Source of the DNA: Oopsacas minuta
Lineage: Eukaryota; Animalia; Porifera
NCBI GenBank assembly: GCA_024704765.1
Contig: JAKMXF010000277.1
Coordinates: 62,001 to 126,000 of the forward strand
Length of the DNA: 64,000 bases
Direction: 5' to 3'
How positions within the stretch are numbered: the stretch's first letter is position 1; each line of letters opens with the position of its first letter. Below are positions 28,101-39,405 of the stretch, in pieces. A program made the translations under genes and the position numbers. The notes beneath the pieces were generated by a model. The model was not told the DNA's origin, did not search any database, and worked only from the letters and a program-made list of their open reading frames with translations.

Positions 28101-31100
28101 AGAACGTCTTATTGTTTTTAATATGGTCAAGTTTCTGTTTCGGCTTGTCTTCCAACGGCACGGGGTTGGTCATATTCAAAGGTACGATAGCGTATTGCCT
28201 CTGTGGGCCAGTTGCAGGCGTTTTCGAAGCTAAATATTCCGCTTCTTCCATGCATTTGTCAATATTTATATCTGGTAAATCTGAAAAGAGAAGAATGCAA
28301 TCATTGAACCCAAAAGTTAACAGATTCGATTTCAATTGCCAAAGTATACCCAAACCAATAAATAGTGGAAATGTACTGTTATTGACCAGAAGTTTATTCC
28401 AGATTAAAAAGATCTTTTCAAGTGGGAATACATGTGTGAAAACCGTTAGAAACCATGGAATAGCGTACAACTCCGGTTGAAATCCAATATCGAATAGATG
28501 GTTGTATAATTGCGGTGCATGGAAGGCAATTAATTGTGAGAAGACAGCTAGATATTCCTGCATAACAGGCGAATTGTCTTTGAGGAAGAAATTGTGAACA
28601 TATTTGTCAATAAAATTTAGCATAGAAGCGTATGCAATTGCCTCGCGATGGAAGTTTACTACTAGGAATGTGGCAGCTAAGGAATCTAACCCTTGCCAGT
28701 ATACCAACTCAATTTTTGTGTTCAGAAAAGCTTTGAGAAGTCTTTTCAGCTTTGAATGCCCTTCTGAGGATGCGAGAAACTCGTTGTACTGATGACAACG
28801 AGGGATGTCCACCTCAATTTGCCTGTCAATTGGTGATTCGCTTTCTTTATCAACTTCATCGTAGAGTTTTTGATAGTTAGATTTGACATCAAGCAAAGCT
28901 GCCCAGATTTGAGATCGAAACAATGGACATATATCCTTTTTGCTTTCGAGTTTGATCTGATCCTTGGTATGAGGATAACCTACATAGTTTAGTATCGTTA
29001 ATATTCATGGTATAAGATTACCTTGGATTATTTATGATTATAAGACGGAAATTCCATGCTAAAACCATGCACAAATGTCTAGTTTCTAACCACCTTCGAA
29101 ATTGGCAAAAAAAAAATCACTAATTTGAAATTACTCACTTTCCAACAATCTTCTGAACAGTATCACCCTATGAAATTGATACTCTACATCTTTCTCCTTG
29201 ATTGAAGCAGGCAGTCCAATAGAATCCTTAGGTATTTGTGGTGGAATAGATTGATCTGTTAAGATCAATAGCGGATAGAAATCAGGTGTTGTTAAGTGAT
29301 TCAGCCTCTCGTTGAGCTTATCCATACTGATCGTAGTATGTTGATCTATAAGGATTCAGATGGAATTCTGTTAGCAGTCTAGACCCTTTCTGTACATGTA
29401 GCTCATATACCAATTTTAACAGTCTGTGGACCCCCTGCTGTCGTCCGAGGGGTCCATGTACCCCATGTTGGGAACCGCTGGTCTATACCATAACACTTGT
29501 TTTCGTTATCTTAACTAACCTGTATACAGCATCAATATTTCCTTTTCCTTCCCGAAACTTTCTTTATTTTTGGTGATAACTTGAGGTAGCGAGCAGATTG
29601 GAGCTTTTGACTGTACCAAGCCGTTCTTTTCCAGTTCATGCAATAGATCACCACCTGCTAGAGACCACAGGAAGAACACCTCGTGTATGTCACGTTCCCC
29701 TAGTAAACTTTTAAAACTATCTACTTCTCCATTCTGGCCTTGTATATCAGTTAACATTTGCGTGAAAATGCTGATATCAAGCCTTTGTGTTCGATTCTGC
29801 GTTGATTCAAAACATGTTGGGATTAGTGGTAAATTCGGTGAGGGCTTAATTGTATCTTTTAGGAACGGATGTTCTAAAAGATCCCTTGGACATGGCCGCA
29901 TGCTCGCATCTGGGTTCAAACATTTGACCAGAAAATCGGTTATTTCCTGTGGTATTGAGAAGAAGAGCGTTGGTGCTTGCTGTGTGTCGAATAAGAATTG
30001 AGGTATTGACATGTTTTTGACGGTTGTAAGGTGTAGAATGCGTTTGCAGATGTTTGTGAGTGAATTTCTCCGTGGAAGGTCGGACCATATTTGTTTTCCA
30101 ACAAGAGCTTCCATTAATATAATGCCTAAGATAGATTTTATCAAAAAATTCAGAATATTTAAATCTCTAATTATTACTTACCCAAACTCCATATATCGAT
30201 ATTAGTATTCTTTCTGTATCTTTCCTTCGCTTCTTGACCTTCTCTAATGAGCTCAGGCGGCCAATACACAGGAATACCAATTGGAAATTTAACATATTCA
30301 CCGTATTCAGTTACATAATACATACCGAAATTCGACATCTTTATTTCACCATTACTCGTAAGCTGTACGTTTTGACTTGATAAATTCCTGTTGATCAATC
30401 CAAGTTCATTCATATGCACCAGGCCAGATACAATGCTGTATCCCAGCCGTCTTACTAATGCAAGGTCACAGGAAAAGTCTCTCAGCACATCTTTGTTTTC
30501 TAAACATCTTTGATGATACTCACTGACTATCAACATTCTATTCTGTTTACATCTCTGTATCCAAATGTATTGACATAGATTTGGGTGTCTGATGCCTTTT
30601 AGCTTTTGAAAACGACCCACAATGTTGATACTTGTAGGTACGAGTGATACTCCATTTACAGGGCCACGATTGATTAGAGCATTTGTCGCAAAGAATGATA
30701 ATATTCCAATATCAGCATCTCCATATAAGGACATTGCTGAAAATTGTGCAAAAATAATGTTTGTTAAATTAGGTAAAAAGATTAGTCAGGGTTTACGGAT
30801 AACCCTTTGGATGAAATCCATTCCTTTTATCAGTGATCCCAACCTGGGGTTCATGGACTCCTTGGTGGTTCACAGACGACAGCAGATGGCCGAAGGATCT
30901 CAAAATCTGCATTGCAGTGTATGGAAGAGGATCGACAGAATGTGCTAAAATTCGTATAGGGCTCAATGGGTGAAACAGGTTGGGGCCGTATATGATGTAA
31001 TATCTATCATCATATCATGGGATTTATCAAGTGTATGTTCTATTTCTCAAACACTTCCCTAGAGTAGGTGAAATGGATGGAGTCATGTGCACACTTTCGA

Positions 31101-34100
31101 CCCTGCATTTTTATAACCTACCATGAATTGTTAAATTAACATCGAATCTATTATGAACGAGCTACATTTTGTTGGTCCTGAGGTTGTATAATAATTCTAT
31201 GTTCATTGTCTTGACTTATGGTTGAATAATTATCATCATGGTTAATTAAGTTTGCAATATATTCACAATCTTGGCTTGCCTTAAAACATGTACCATATGG
31301 TTTCAAAGTCAATTTACCTACACAAACACAATCACCATTATACATAATTGCCATTAACTTCTAAGCTTTGAACTACAAACATGTAAGAGTATAGCAGTGC
31401 TTTCATCTCGTAACTTATTCAATTCTTACTTCTTCTGACTCATTATATATGTAGTTAATTTGCATTGTAAGAAACTTGCATTTTCTATTAGGTGTCGTGT
31501 ATCAGCCAGTGAAAGGAGTAACTGAAGAAGGTGCAGTTGGATTAGTAAAAGGAATTGGTAAAGGTTTGATCGGAGTTGTAACCAGGCCACTCGGAGGCGG
31601 CGTGGATCTATTAACAGCTACATTTGGAAGTCTCCAAAAAGCTGTCAGTGGTGATAAAGTACTGGTAAAGAAACGCCACCCACGGTTTATCGGGCAAGAT
31701 AAAGTTATATCAGTAAGTTATGTTTTATCCTGTGTTACGCCAGTGTATTTAGCAAACTGATTTATATACAGTTTGGGCTGACTAATACAAGGCGGATATC
31801 ATTTCCACTACGTTTTACCTATAATGCCTAGGCATGGTTTGTGATATCTGCTTACGAACGGCAGTATCCACTTATGTACAAAACACAAGCCTGATTATAG
31901 CACTTAACATAGTGTGCTAGCTCTGTCAAGATTCTTGCTTGCAATTCAGTTAAATCAGTTAGATTTCAGCTGTTCCCAAACATTATCACCCGTGGACACC
32001 TATGCGGCTATGCCAATTTTGGGACCCTCTTGATCTCCCATATACTGCACCCCTTGCCGTTGTCCAGGGGGTCCATATGCCCCAGGTTGTGAATCGCTGA
32101 GCTAGAAGTATCATGATAAAATAATCATGTGTACAGTTCCATAAAAAAAAAATTTGAATACAATTAATTCTTAGTAATACTGTTTTCGTGTTGATGTTCC
32201 CTCTCTTCTTTGTGCGAATGTAGGTTTTCTTCGAAATTCAATTCAATTTCGTTTGTTTCACCTAATATAATTGAATTACCTTTTTCGGTCAATTTATCCA
32301 TTGTCTTATTCCAGTCGTCAATCTGTAGAATATTTCTATCTTCTTTCATAAACATTACAGTATCATTTAGACTCTTTTTCATATTTTTTTCCCAAACCAG
32401 ATCATCGATAATATCTGTTACAACTACATTTGGTTCAACCACGTAATCGACATCTACAGGTACAATCATTTCCTGTTGAACAAATAGTTGATTATCCCCT
32501 TCATATTGGTAATGTTCAATCAGCATAATAGCAGGACTCGATAACAGGAAAACAACTCCCATAATCAGGATAAATATAGCACCCTTCACATTATCATCTT
32601 TCGTAGATTTTATAAACATCATTGATGGGACGATAAAGCTTAATATCGCTCCAGCATAACCACCAGTAACATTCAAAATAACTCCAACATTGGGCACCAT
32701 CATTGCGATAATCATTGACCCAAAAATAATCAGGAGGGTAATGAATATAAAATAGAATTTGGGAATGAAAATATCTGACCTTAGTTGCCCTCTTGTAAAA
32801 ACGAAAGAGTAAATACATGATCGCATGGGTAATATCACCATAGGGTAAGATATGATTACACTTATGCAGAATGCGAGTCGAAGTATTTGGTGTAAAAACG
32901 AAGTGGAGAGGTTACGAAATATATCTGTACCGATTAATTCGCTTACAAATGTGAAGTACCCGAAAATTCCAACGGTAGAGTATATAATACAAACTAGTAG
33001 CATCGCTCCTATTACTAATGGTTTGACGCCACTTACGCCTTTCATGCTATCTGGAAAGGTTTCGAGGTATATCAACATTTGCGATTGACAGGAAAAACCG
33101 GTTAAAATGATCGGCATGCATATGAAAACTCCTTTCAAATCGAATAACTTCACATTGGGATGAAATACATTTGTTCGACCAAAATAAAATGCTTCAATAA
33201 AAAGATAAATAATGAAAACAGCATACGTCAACAGGGAAAATACACTGAATGGCACCAAGCTTGATGCATCTCGTATAAGGCAAAGCGGTAAGATAATAAA
33301 TACTGCGACAAATGTGACAACTTTTTCACGAAATAAAATCCCTTCTTCAATGCTTGGAAAATTTGCCTTCAAAATTGTTGGTATAATATCTCCAATAATT
33401 ACAAATGATGCAACTCCAATGCCAAATATAAACGCTATGATACAAGTTGCAATGAAATATTTTCCAAATCGACCATAGATGTTTTCTGCAGTTGTCTCGT
33501 AGGAATTTGTCGAAGTAATAAGTGCTGCCTTTAGTAGAAATATTGATGATTCCACACTCATATATCCTGCGATAAATATCAATATTACTCCGAGTATACA
33601 ACCACATTGTTCAATGCAATATGGCATAGCAAGCATAGGAACCCCTAACATAGAATTGCCAAGGTTTAATACGTAGGGTAATGTATAAGAGTCGTACGAC
33701 ATAATGTATTGGTGATTGTTGCGAGCAGTCAGTGGATTTTGCCTTACTTTTGTATGTTTGCTATTGAATTTCTCGTTCATATGGTTTTGTAAGAATTATA
33801 ATCTTTTTGTACAACCAACTATAAAGTACATTGTTCTATCCGCACCTAAATCATTGATATGAAATTTGTTAATGTATATTTGGGACATTTTTGTATGAAA
33901 GTATATTTTGTATAACCCCGTTATCACCATCATTATTATCAGCATCTTATTGGAACTACAAATATGATCTAATTATGACTTTTATATTCCATTCAGAAAA
34001 TCTACATTTTTGTTTATTTGTCCAATTAATTACGTAACAATTATGTATGCACTAAGCAACTAGATTTCAGTGATAATTATGTGTGAGATCAGACGTAGAA

Positions 34101-37100
34101 ATTTTGTACATTTGTGTATGTAATTATGCTCTCAATGACTGGAGCTTGTAACAATTAATGAGCCGAATATGCAAAACAGATATATATGCCCTGTTTGGTG
34201 TAAAAAATAGCGCTGTTATCATCATTTCCTTGGTTTTTAGCTAATATTGCATTCAAGCCATAATCACTCGTAGATTGCACTACGTCTCTGCTTAACAATA
34301 GAACGAAACACCATATAACCTTTCTGTTGTATTCTACATAGAGTTTATTCTCCAGAGATCGTCTATAGAAAACCTAATTTATTCATTATTGTAATCATAT
34401 ACAAACAGTTTTATAGGCATTTGAACCCATAATACTTCAATGTAATTGTTATGGACCCATTATTCAACATAGTCCTGTATATACTAGTTCACGAATTTGT
34501 CTGTTCGTTATCGAATTTTTCCATTACGTTTTGCTCCGTAACATACGTTTTGGTTTAATTTTAATTATATATTACACAACTAAATATACCTCAGCAATTC
34601 GTAAGGAATATCCAATCAACCCATCACTAGTATTCGTTTTATAATGATGTGAATAAATTGTGGTTAATTAATAAAAGTTGTCATCTCAAGTTTACCCTGC
34701 ATAAAGGCTACATCATGTGTGGTCTATGTATTGCCTTTCCCATCACCCAGTGTATTTACTGCTGATATATATAGGTGTGCAATCGCTTAGTATAAATATA
34801 GTAATAATTTCCATTATTCAAAAGTGAATTTATCTATACTTCCATTTACCTACAATAGCACTGCATTATTGGTGTATAGCCCAGTCAATTTGAAAGTCTT
34901 TTCACAACACAAAATGACACATAATCCAAGTACAAGCGCTTCAGCTCGCTCAGAATTCCAAGTTGGTGGAAAATTCCGTTTAGTCCGTAAGATCGGCAGC
35001 GGTTCATTCGGTGATATATATCTCGGCGTGAATATAACAAATGGAGAAGAAGTTGCCGTAAAGTTAGAGTCTTTGAAGGCTAGACACCCTCAGTTACTAT
35101 ATGAGTCTAAATTATACAAGATACTACAGGGAGGAGTTGGTATTCCACATATTAGATGGTGAGTTTATGAAATATGTATTCAATTATACATTATTGAGTG
35201 ATTTATGACTGAATTCTGAAAGTTCTTTGTATACAGACCCCATCCCAATTCTCCCTAATTACTCCATTATTCCCCAGGTATGGCCAAGAAAAAGACTACA
35301 ATGTCCTAGTGATGGATCTGTTAGGCCCTAGTCTAGAAGATCTCTTCAATTTCTGCTCACGTCGCTTCACAATGAAGACAGTCCTTATGCTAGCTGACCA
35401 GATGATCGGTCGTGTCGAGTATGTACATAATAAGAATTTTATTCACAGAGATATCAAGCCTGATAACTTCCTTATGGGGATAGGTCGACACTGTAACAAA
35501 CTGTTTTTGATTGATTTCGGTTTGGCAAAGAAATACCGAGATACACGTACAAGACAACATATACCATATCGAGAGGATAAGAATCTTACTGGCACAGCTA
35601 GATATGCTTCTATCAACGCTCATTTGGGTAAGGAGTATTGTGAATATTTGAGTCTTCATTTTATTCCTACGTTACTATGGTAACTAATATAGACTGATTA
35701 ATTATGACGTCAATACGTTAAATATCCAATAAATACAGTATATTTAATATATTGTTTACACAAAGTATGAATTGTATGCGAATCTTGTAATAATGAATTG
35801 CAGCATCAAATTATGTAAATTCTCTATTCAGGTATTGAACAGAGTCGGAGAGATGACATGGAGAGTTTAGGCTATGTTCTAATGTATTTCAATCGTTCAT
35901 CTCTACCATGGCAAGGCCTGAAGGCTGCTACAAAGAAACAGAAATATGATAAAATATCTGAGAAAAAGATGTCTACACCTGTTGAAGTTCTCTGTAAAGG
36001 ATTCCCAGCAGAATTCGCTATGTACCTCAACTACTGCCGAGGATTAAGGTGAGGAAAACCGCAATTTGTCTGTAACCGAGTTTAGTGATACATGTTTTGA
36101 CAAAAATGATCCCTATATGCTTATTAGCCATTTAACCATGGATGATGGTTTTTGTTATTTATGTTATACTAATCCACCTCCAACCAAACGAGTAGTATCC
36201 CAAATGACCTAGAACAACATCCAAGCAGATATACTAACTCCACCATCTATGGTTAATATCTAAAAGCATATACCATTTTATCATGAAACGTTCGGTTTAG
36301 TATACGATTTCTAACTAAATTACCTTGAATGTAACATCTGTATTGATTATCAACCAGCAGTTTTTTTGAGATAATTATTAAAGGCTGATGACATATAAAT
36401 CATTCTTAGTAGAGTTAGATTTAATATAAAGGATGACTTAAATGTAAAGTCACTAATAGAATTCTGGTTAAATGTTGTCAATTATATCATTACTATGACA
36501 GCTAATTGCTGATATTAATAAGGCTATGATCCTATCAATTTGGACACTTTCCAGGAATTGATTCATGTCCAACACAGATAGAACATTCAGTTAACTTTCA
36601 AAGTGCCAAATTGTCTTGGTAGATTGTGTTCTAATTGTTTCCATGATATTTTTGCCAATTTGAAATTAGCCAAAACATTAATTACAAGTGCTTCAGTTTA
36701 TCCAAATATGGTGAAATATTGTGTACTTTATTTGTACACTTTTATGATGACGCATTCAATATATTTTGATGATTAATTTCTTTTGATAAGTGTCCTAGAG
36801 TCTAGACGTGTAATTTTGCTTCGAGAACAATTGTTCTATCGAATCGTAAGTATCGAACACTTCCTTGATTCAGATGGTAAAATACTCTAGCATCACTAAT
36901 ATCGGAGTAAAATTATTGAATTCGAAATACCACGCGTTGAATACAGTGAAACCTCCTATAGGCTATGAAATCGGGGAACTTCTGGAAACGAAATGAAATG
37001 AAATATAGCGAATTCCTAGTCTTGTATAAATTGACGTCCACACAGGGAAACGGGGTAGCATTTTCGGCCTCCCTGGTTACAATGTATATATACAATATAA

Positions 37101-39168
37101 CGCGTATTGATTATATACTATTTCTCCTTAGATTTGAAGAAGCCCCTGACTACATGTATCTCCGTCAACTATTCCGTATTCTATTCCGTACACTCAACCA
37201 CCAATACGACTACACATTTGATTGGACAATGTTGAAACAAAAAGCAACCGCACAAAGTACATCGAGCTCCAACTTGACACCCGGTATACCACCTTCAACA
37301 GGAATTCCACTGATGCCAACTTCGACAATACCATGTGGCGTCGGGACAAGCGCAAAGCCCCCAGCCTCCCCAGCGATGCAGGCAACACCAGAAGATCTGA
37401 GACGGGATAGAATGAAATTCGATAAGGATTCATTAAGTAAAAAGATCTAAGAAATTTAAATAAAAGTACTTTTTACTGCCTTCTCTCTCATACACACAAA
37501 ACACACAGTATAAAGACCTTCAATTTTCAATTGACTTTCGATCATGAAATGTGCATTTGTTCTGCACGAATACATTGTTAATTACCCCCTAGTTAATTAC
37601 TGTTTACATTCTCCTATACCCTCACCTATCAACGCTAACTGTCTATCTTATTATGTTAGAGAAACTTACTTTGACTATTTGCTAATTAAACGTCTCAACA
37701 CACGCACACACATGGTCATAATTCGACCAGTTGCTACCATGAAGACATTTGTGCCACATACAGAGGTGCCGGATGAATACAAATCATAAGCCATATCTAC
37801 TATATACCCATTTGAAATATGAATATTTAAATCAAATCCATGAAAATCCATAAATTTCATGGTTCTGATGGTCCAAGGACTTTAGAGAATCCAAATCCAT
37901 CCGGCCTCTCTGGCCACGGACGACAGCAGGGGTCCAGAGGATCTCAAAATTTGTGTTACGCTATGGGAAGGGTTAAATTTGTATTCACAAGGTGAACACG
38001 GTTGTAAACATTCGGTTTAAGAAATGGCATTTTCGGTGAAATATCCGCGAGAATTATTTTACGATCTCTTCACGTAGGTTTAATCTTACCAACATATAGC
38101 GGACGAATTGAGCCATTTCCTTGTATATCCGCTATAATTAAGGTATAGCTATTGCATTATAGTTCTACAATATATGTAAATTTGTCGATATATCAAAATT
38201 CAGCTGACATGTCTTCCCTTCCTCCCACATTTCGTTCCACCACCCAATCACTATAATATTCTGTAATTATTGCATTATTCATGTGCACGATGTCTCTAAC
38301 TGAGTTTCAATATGGTTACGTGGTTATTAGCTTTTGAAACATGTGTAGTTTCAGGTGATTTCTATGTGTTAGTAATTAATAATTGCTTGCTGATTAGAGT
38401 AAGTGATTTGATTGCAGATTTACTTGTTAACGGGGTTTGACGTATTCTATTGTTCTTATTATTATTGCATTTGCAAGTTATTGATTGTATACGTACGTCT
38501 ATGTATGCTGACCTATACTACATATGCTCCAGAGATCGATCTTAGAATTTCAATTTTCAGTTTCCTTCAACTGTACTCTGCCCCTGAGAACTTTCGAAAT
38601 CGTTGGATTCTTGAGAAATTCACATTTTGTCTTGCTATCTAGTATTATCTACAATTTGTTTAGTGATACTAATATATTTCCTGTTTTATATGCATAAACC
38701 TTTGGAATTTAATTTTTGACATATTTTCAAAATTCAATTAATTCCCCCTTCCCCCTCTAGGTCTTCGACTTACAATCAGCACTAGGTAATTTCATTCTGA
38801 ATGACATAGAAAACGCTAAATACCTCCGTACACTCGTATACAAAGGCCATCTACTCATAGAAGAGTCTAAAAACATAGCAATTTTTATTGTAACAAACAA
38901 ATTATTAATTAAAGCCGAGCGAAAGAACTTCGACCCATTGAACCCGTGGAAAGATGAAGCTATATACCCGTTCGAGGAGATTACTCATGAGATGGACTTA
39001 TCGCTAGATGGGAAGAAAACAATATTAATTCTTCATATTGTGAAACATAGAACTTTGTTTTCACACGGTAAACCACGTGTAATGATATCAACATCTGATC
39101 ACAAATCAGCTGATATATTCGCGGCACAGTTTAACCAGGCTCTCGCGGAATTTAACAGCTCCTATTAG
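4156..39168 (+). CDS. VPS13: VPS13A/C-type bridge-like lipid transfer protein, 22 exons, about 4,020 aa; host of five nested genes
   Basis: Chorein-N start [15 protein letters not shown]...IPWKNLY; C-terminal ATG2_C-like GLDVIGNP...FYEPYQGA...[10 protein letters not shown] and a final PH-like exon. Exons: 4156-4407, 4580-4768, 5125-5262, 5366-5584, 5737-6041, 6211-6730, 6799-7155, 7234-7525, 7583-7764, 7835-8092, 15597-22602, 22658-22909, 23021-23277, 23668-23847, 23903-24083, 24323-24477, 26316-26474, 26781-26960, 27059-27275, 27389-27523, 31492-31712, 38761-39168. All junctions are phase-compatible and sum to 12,063 nt (4,021 codons). Confidence 0.92.
4800..4885. mobile_element. TA-targeting MITE, family B (TIR CAGTCAACTCCCG-like)
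   Basis: cagtcaattcc ... cgggagttgactg followed by TA. The internal gaagctcaaggaaccgcgataattacttc is the reverse complement of the segment near 39480 and 49620. Lies in VPS13 intron 2. Confidence 0.6.
8155..8243 (-). mobile_element. hAT (Charlie/Buster-like) MITE, family A, degenerate internally deleted copy
   Basis: caaccgttcctaaccattttcacccgtggacc ... aagggtccat ... aagaatcgct matches the ends of the copies at 31967 and 50497. Confidence 0.55.
8382..14764 (-). CDS. Full-length ABCA-subfamily lipid transporter (ABCA3-like), multi-exon, nested antisense in VPS13 intron 8093-15596
   Basis: N-terminus [26 protein letters not shown]1: [40 protein letters not shown]2: [39 protein letters not shown]-terminal [13 protein letters not shown]. 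Many short GT-AG introns. Confidence 0.93.
24511..24673. mobile_element. TA-flanked MITE (Tc1/mariner/pogo-type ends), 163 bp
   Basis: TA|cagtcgaactcggatacga ... tcatatcgagttctactg|TA: imperfect TIRs of about 18 bp with TA on both sides. Confidence 0.65.
24979..26062 (-). CDS. Orphan S/T/P-rich protein, about 297 aa, three exons, nested antisense in VPS13 intron 24478-26315
   Basis: Exons 26062-26023, 25961-25565 and 25435-24979 join in frame (894 nt) through a 61-nt GT-AG intron and a 129-nt GC-AG intron (AG|GCAAGT). No domain recognised. The 5' end is uncertain. Confidence 0.55.
25199..25327. repeat. 30-bp tandem repeat, about 4.3 copies, encoding [10 protein letters not shown]-like decapeptides on the minus strand
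   Basis: ggagattgtagtgagggtgtgttatggtaa is repeated head-to-tail with few substitutions and no spacers. Confidence 0.95.
27736..30734 (-). CDS. TBCK: TBC1-domain-containing pseudokinase TBCK (kinase-like + TBC + rhodanese), 4 exons, nested antisense in VPS13 intron 27524-31491
   Basis: Start [16 protein letters not shown]...[19 protein letters not shown]; [16 protein letters not shown]...YWQGLDSL...[11 protein letters not shown]; rhodanese [10 protein letters not shown]. Exons 30734-30182, 30125-29520, 29345-29139, 28979-27736 (2,610 nt, about 869 aa). Confidence 0.93.
29385..29480 (-). mobile_element. hAT MITE family A, partial, inside TBCK intron 2
   Basis: ...ggacccc ctgctgtcgtccgagg ggtccatgtaccccatgttgggaaccgctg|gtctatac: one intact TIR followed by an NNNTANNN flank. 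Confidence 0.7.
30831..30990 (+). mobile_element. hAT MITE family A, about 100 bp upstream of the TBCK start codon
   Basis: cagtgatcccaacctggggttcatggactcc ... gacgacagcag ... ggatctcaaaat ... ggtgaaacaggttgggg shares blocks with the copies at 37913 and 45268. Confidence 0.7.
31967..32099 (-). mobile_element. hAT MITE family A
   Basis: cagctgttcccaaac ... ccccaggttgtgaatcgctg: both TIRs present, degenerate. Confidence 0.7.
32164..33780 (-). CDS. SLC38A10: SLC38A10-like amino-acid transporter (AAAP family), intronless, nested antisense in the last VPS13 intron
   Basis: [46 protein letters not shown] and YPMVILPMR match the SLC38A10 transmembrane core; 538 aa. Confidence 0.8.
   Translation of the reverse strand: MNEKFNSKHTKVRQNPLTARNNHQYIMSYDSYTLPYVLNLGNSMLGVPMLAMPYCIEQCGCILGVILIFIAGYMSVESSIFLLKAALITSTNSYETTAENIYGRFGKYFIATCIIAFIFGIGVASFVIIGDIIPTILKANFPSIEEGILFREKVVTFVAVFIILPLCLIRDASSLVPFSVFSLLTYAVFIIYLFIEAFYFGRTNVFHPNVKLFDLKGVFICMPIILTGFSCQSQMLIYLETFPDSMKGVSGVKPLVIGAMLLVCIIYSTVGIFGYFTFVSELIGTDIFRNLSTSFLHQILRLAFCISVIISYPMVILPMRSCIYSFVFTRGQLRSDIFIPKFYFIFITLLIIFGSMIIAMMVPNVGVILNVTGGYAGAILSFIVPSMMFIKSTKDDNVKGAIFILIMGVVFLLSSPAIMLIEHYQYEGDNQLFVQQEMIVPVDVDYVVEPNVVVTDIIDDLVWEKNMKKSLNDTVMFMKEDRNILQIDDWNKTMDKLTEKGNSIILGETNEIELNFEENLHSHKEEREHQHENSITKN
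34914..37450 (+). CDS. CSNK1A1: Casein kinase 1 alpha, 4 exons, nested on the same strand in the last VPS13 intron (31713-38760)
   Basis: Near-identical to CK1-alpha motifs ([14 protein letters not shown]...[72 protein letters not shown]). Exons 34914-35158, 35278-35627, 35832-36048, 37132-37450. Confidence 0.96.
37913..38005 (+). mobile_element. hAT MITE family A, internal fragment
   Basis: ccacggacgacagcaggggtccagaggatctcaaaatttgtg matches the internal blocks at 30860-30910 and 45290-45330. Confidence 0.55.
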
Positions 39169-39405
39169 TATAATTTTCCCTAATTATTAATAATTCTTTA
39201 GTTTAGTTTAGTATTGCTATAATTGTGCTTGTATATACTTAGCTGACTTTCGAATCTAGGAATTATTTCTATATTAATTATACTTGTGTTTGGGTGTCTA
39301 TATGTCAAAATAATTGGAAATTGTGTGTCTTATATTTTGGGTTACGTCATGAAGATTATATATTCTCAGAAACTTGGTGTAAGAACTTTGAGTAGAAATG
39401 AGCTA

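Noticed and set aside
36380-36860. C-box-like TGATGA motifs in CK1-alpha intron 3 (candidate C/D snoRNAs); similar motif near 52766
   Set aside because: No well-placed CTGA D box with a terminal stem and no recognisable rRNA guide; such motifs are expected by chance in AT-rich DNA.
36965-37131. N-terminal extension of the ORF leading into CK1-alpha exon 4
   Set aside because: Intronic; the conserved kinase sequence resumes exactly at the acceptor 37131/37132.
38938-39168. 76-aa ORF as an independent small gene
   Set aside because: It is the end of VPS13's terminal exon, which is open from the acceptor at 38761 and colinear with the VPS13 C-terminal PH region.
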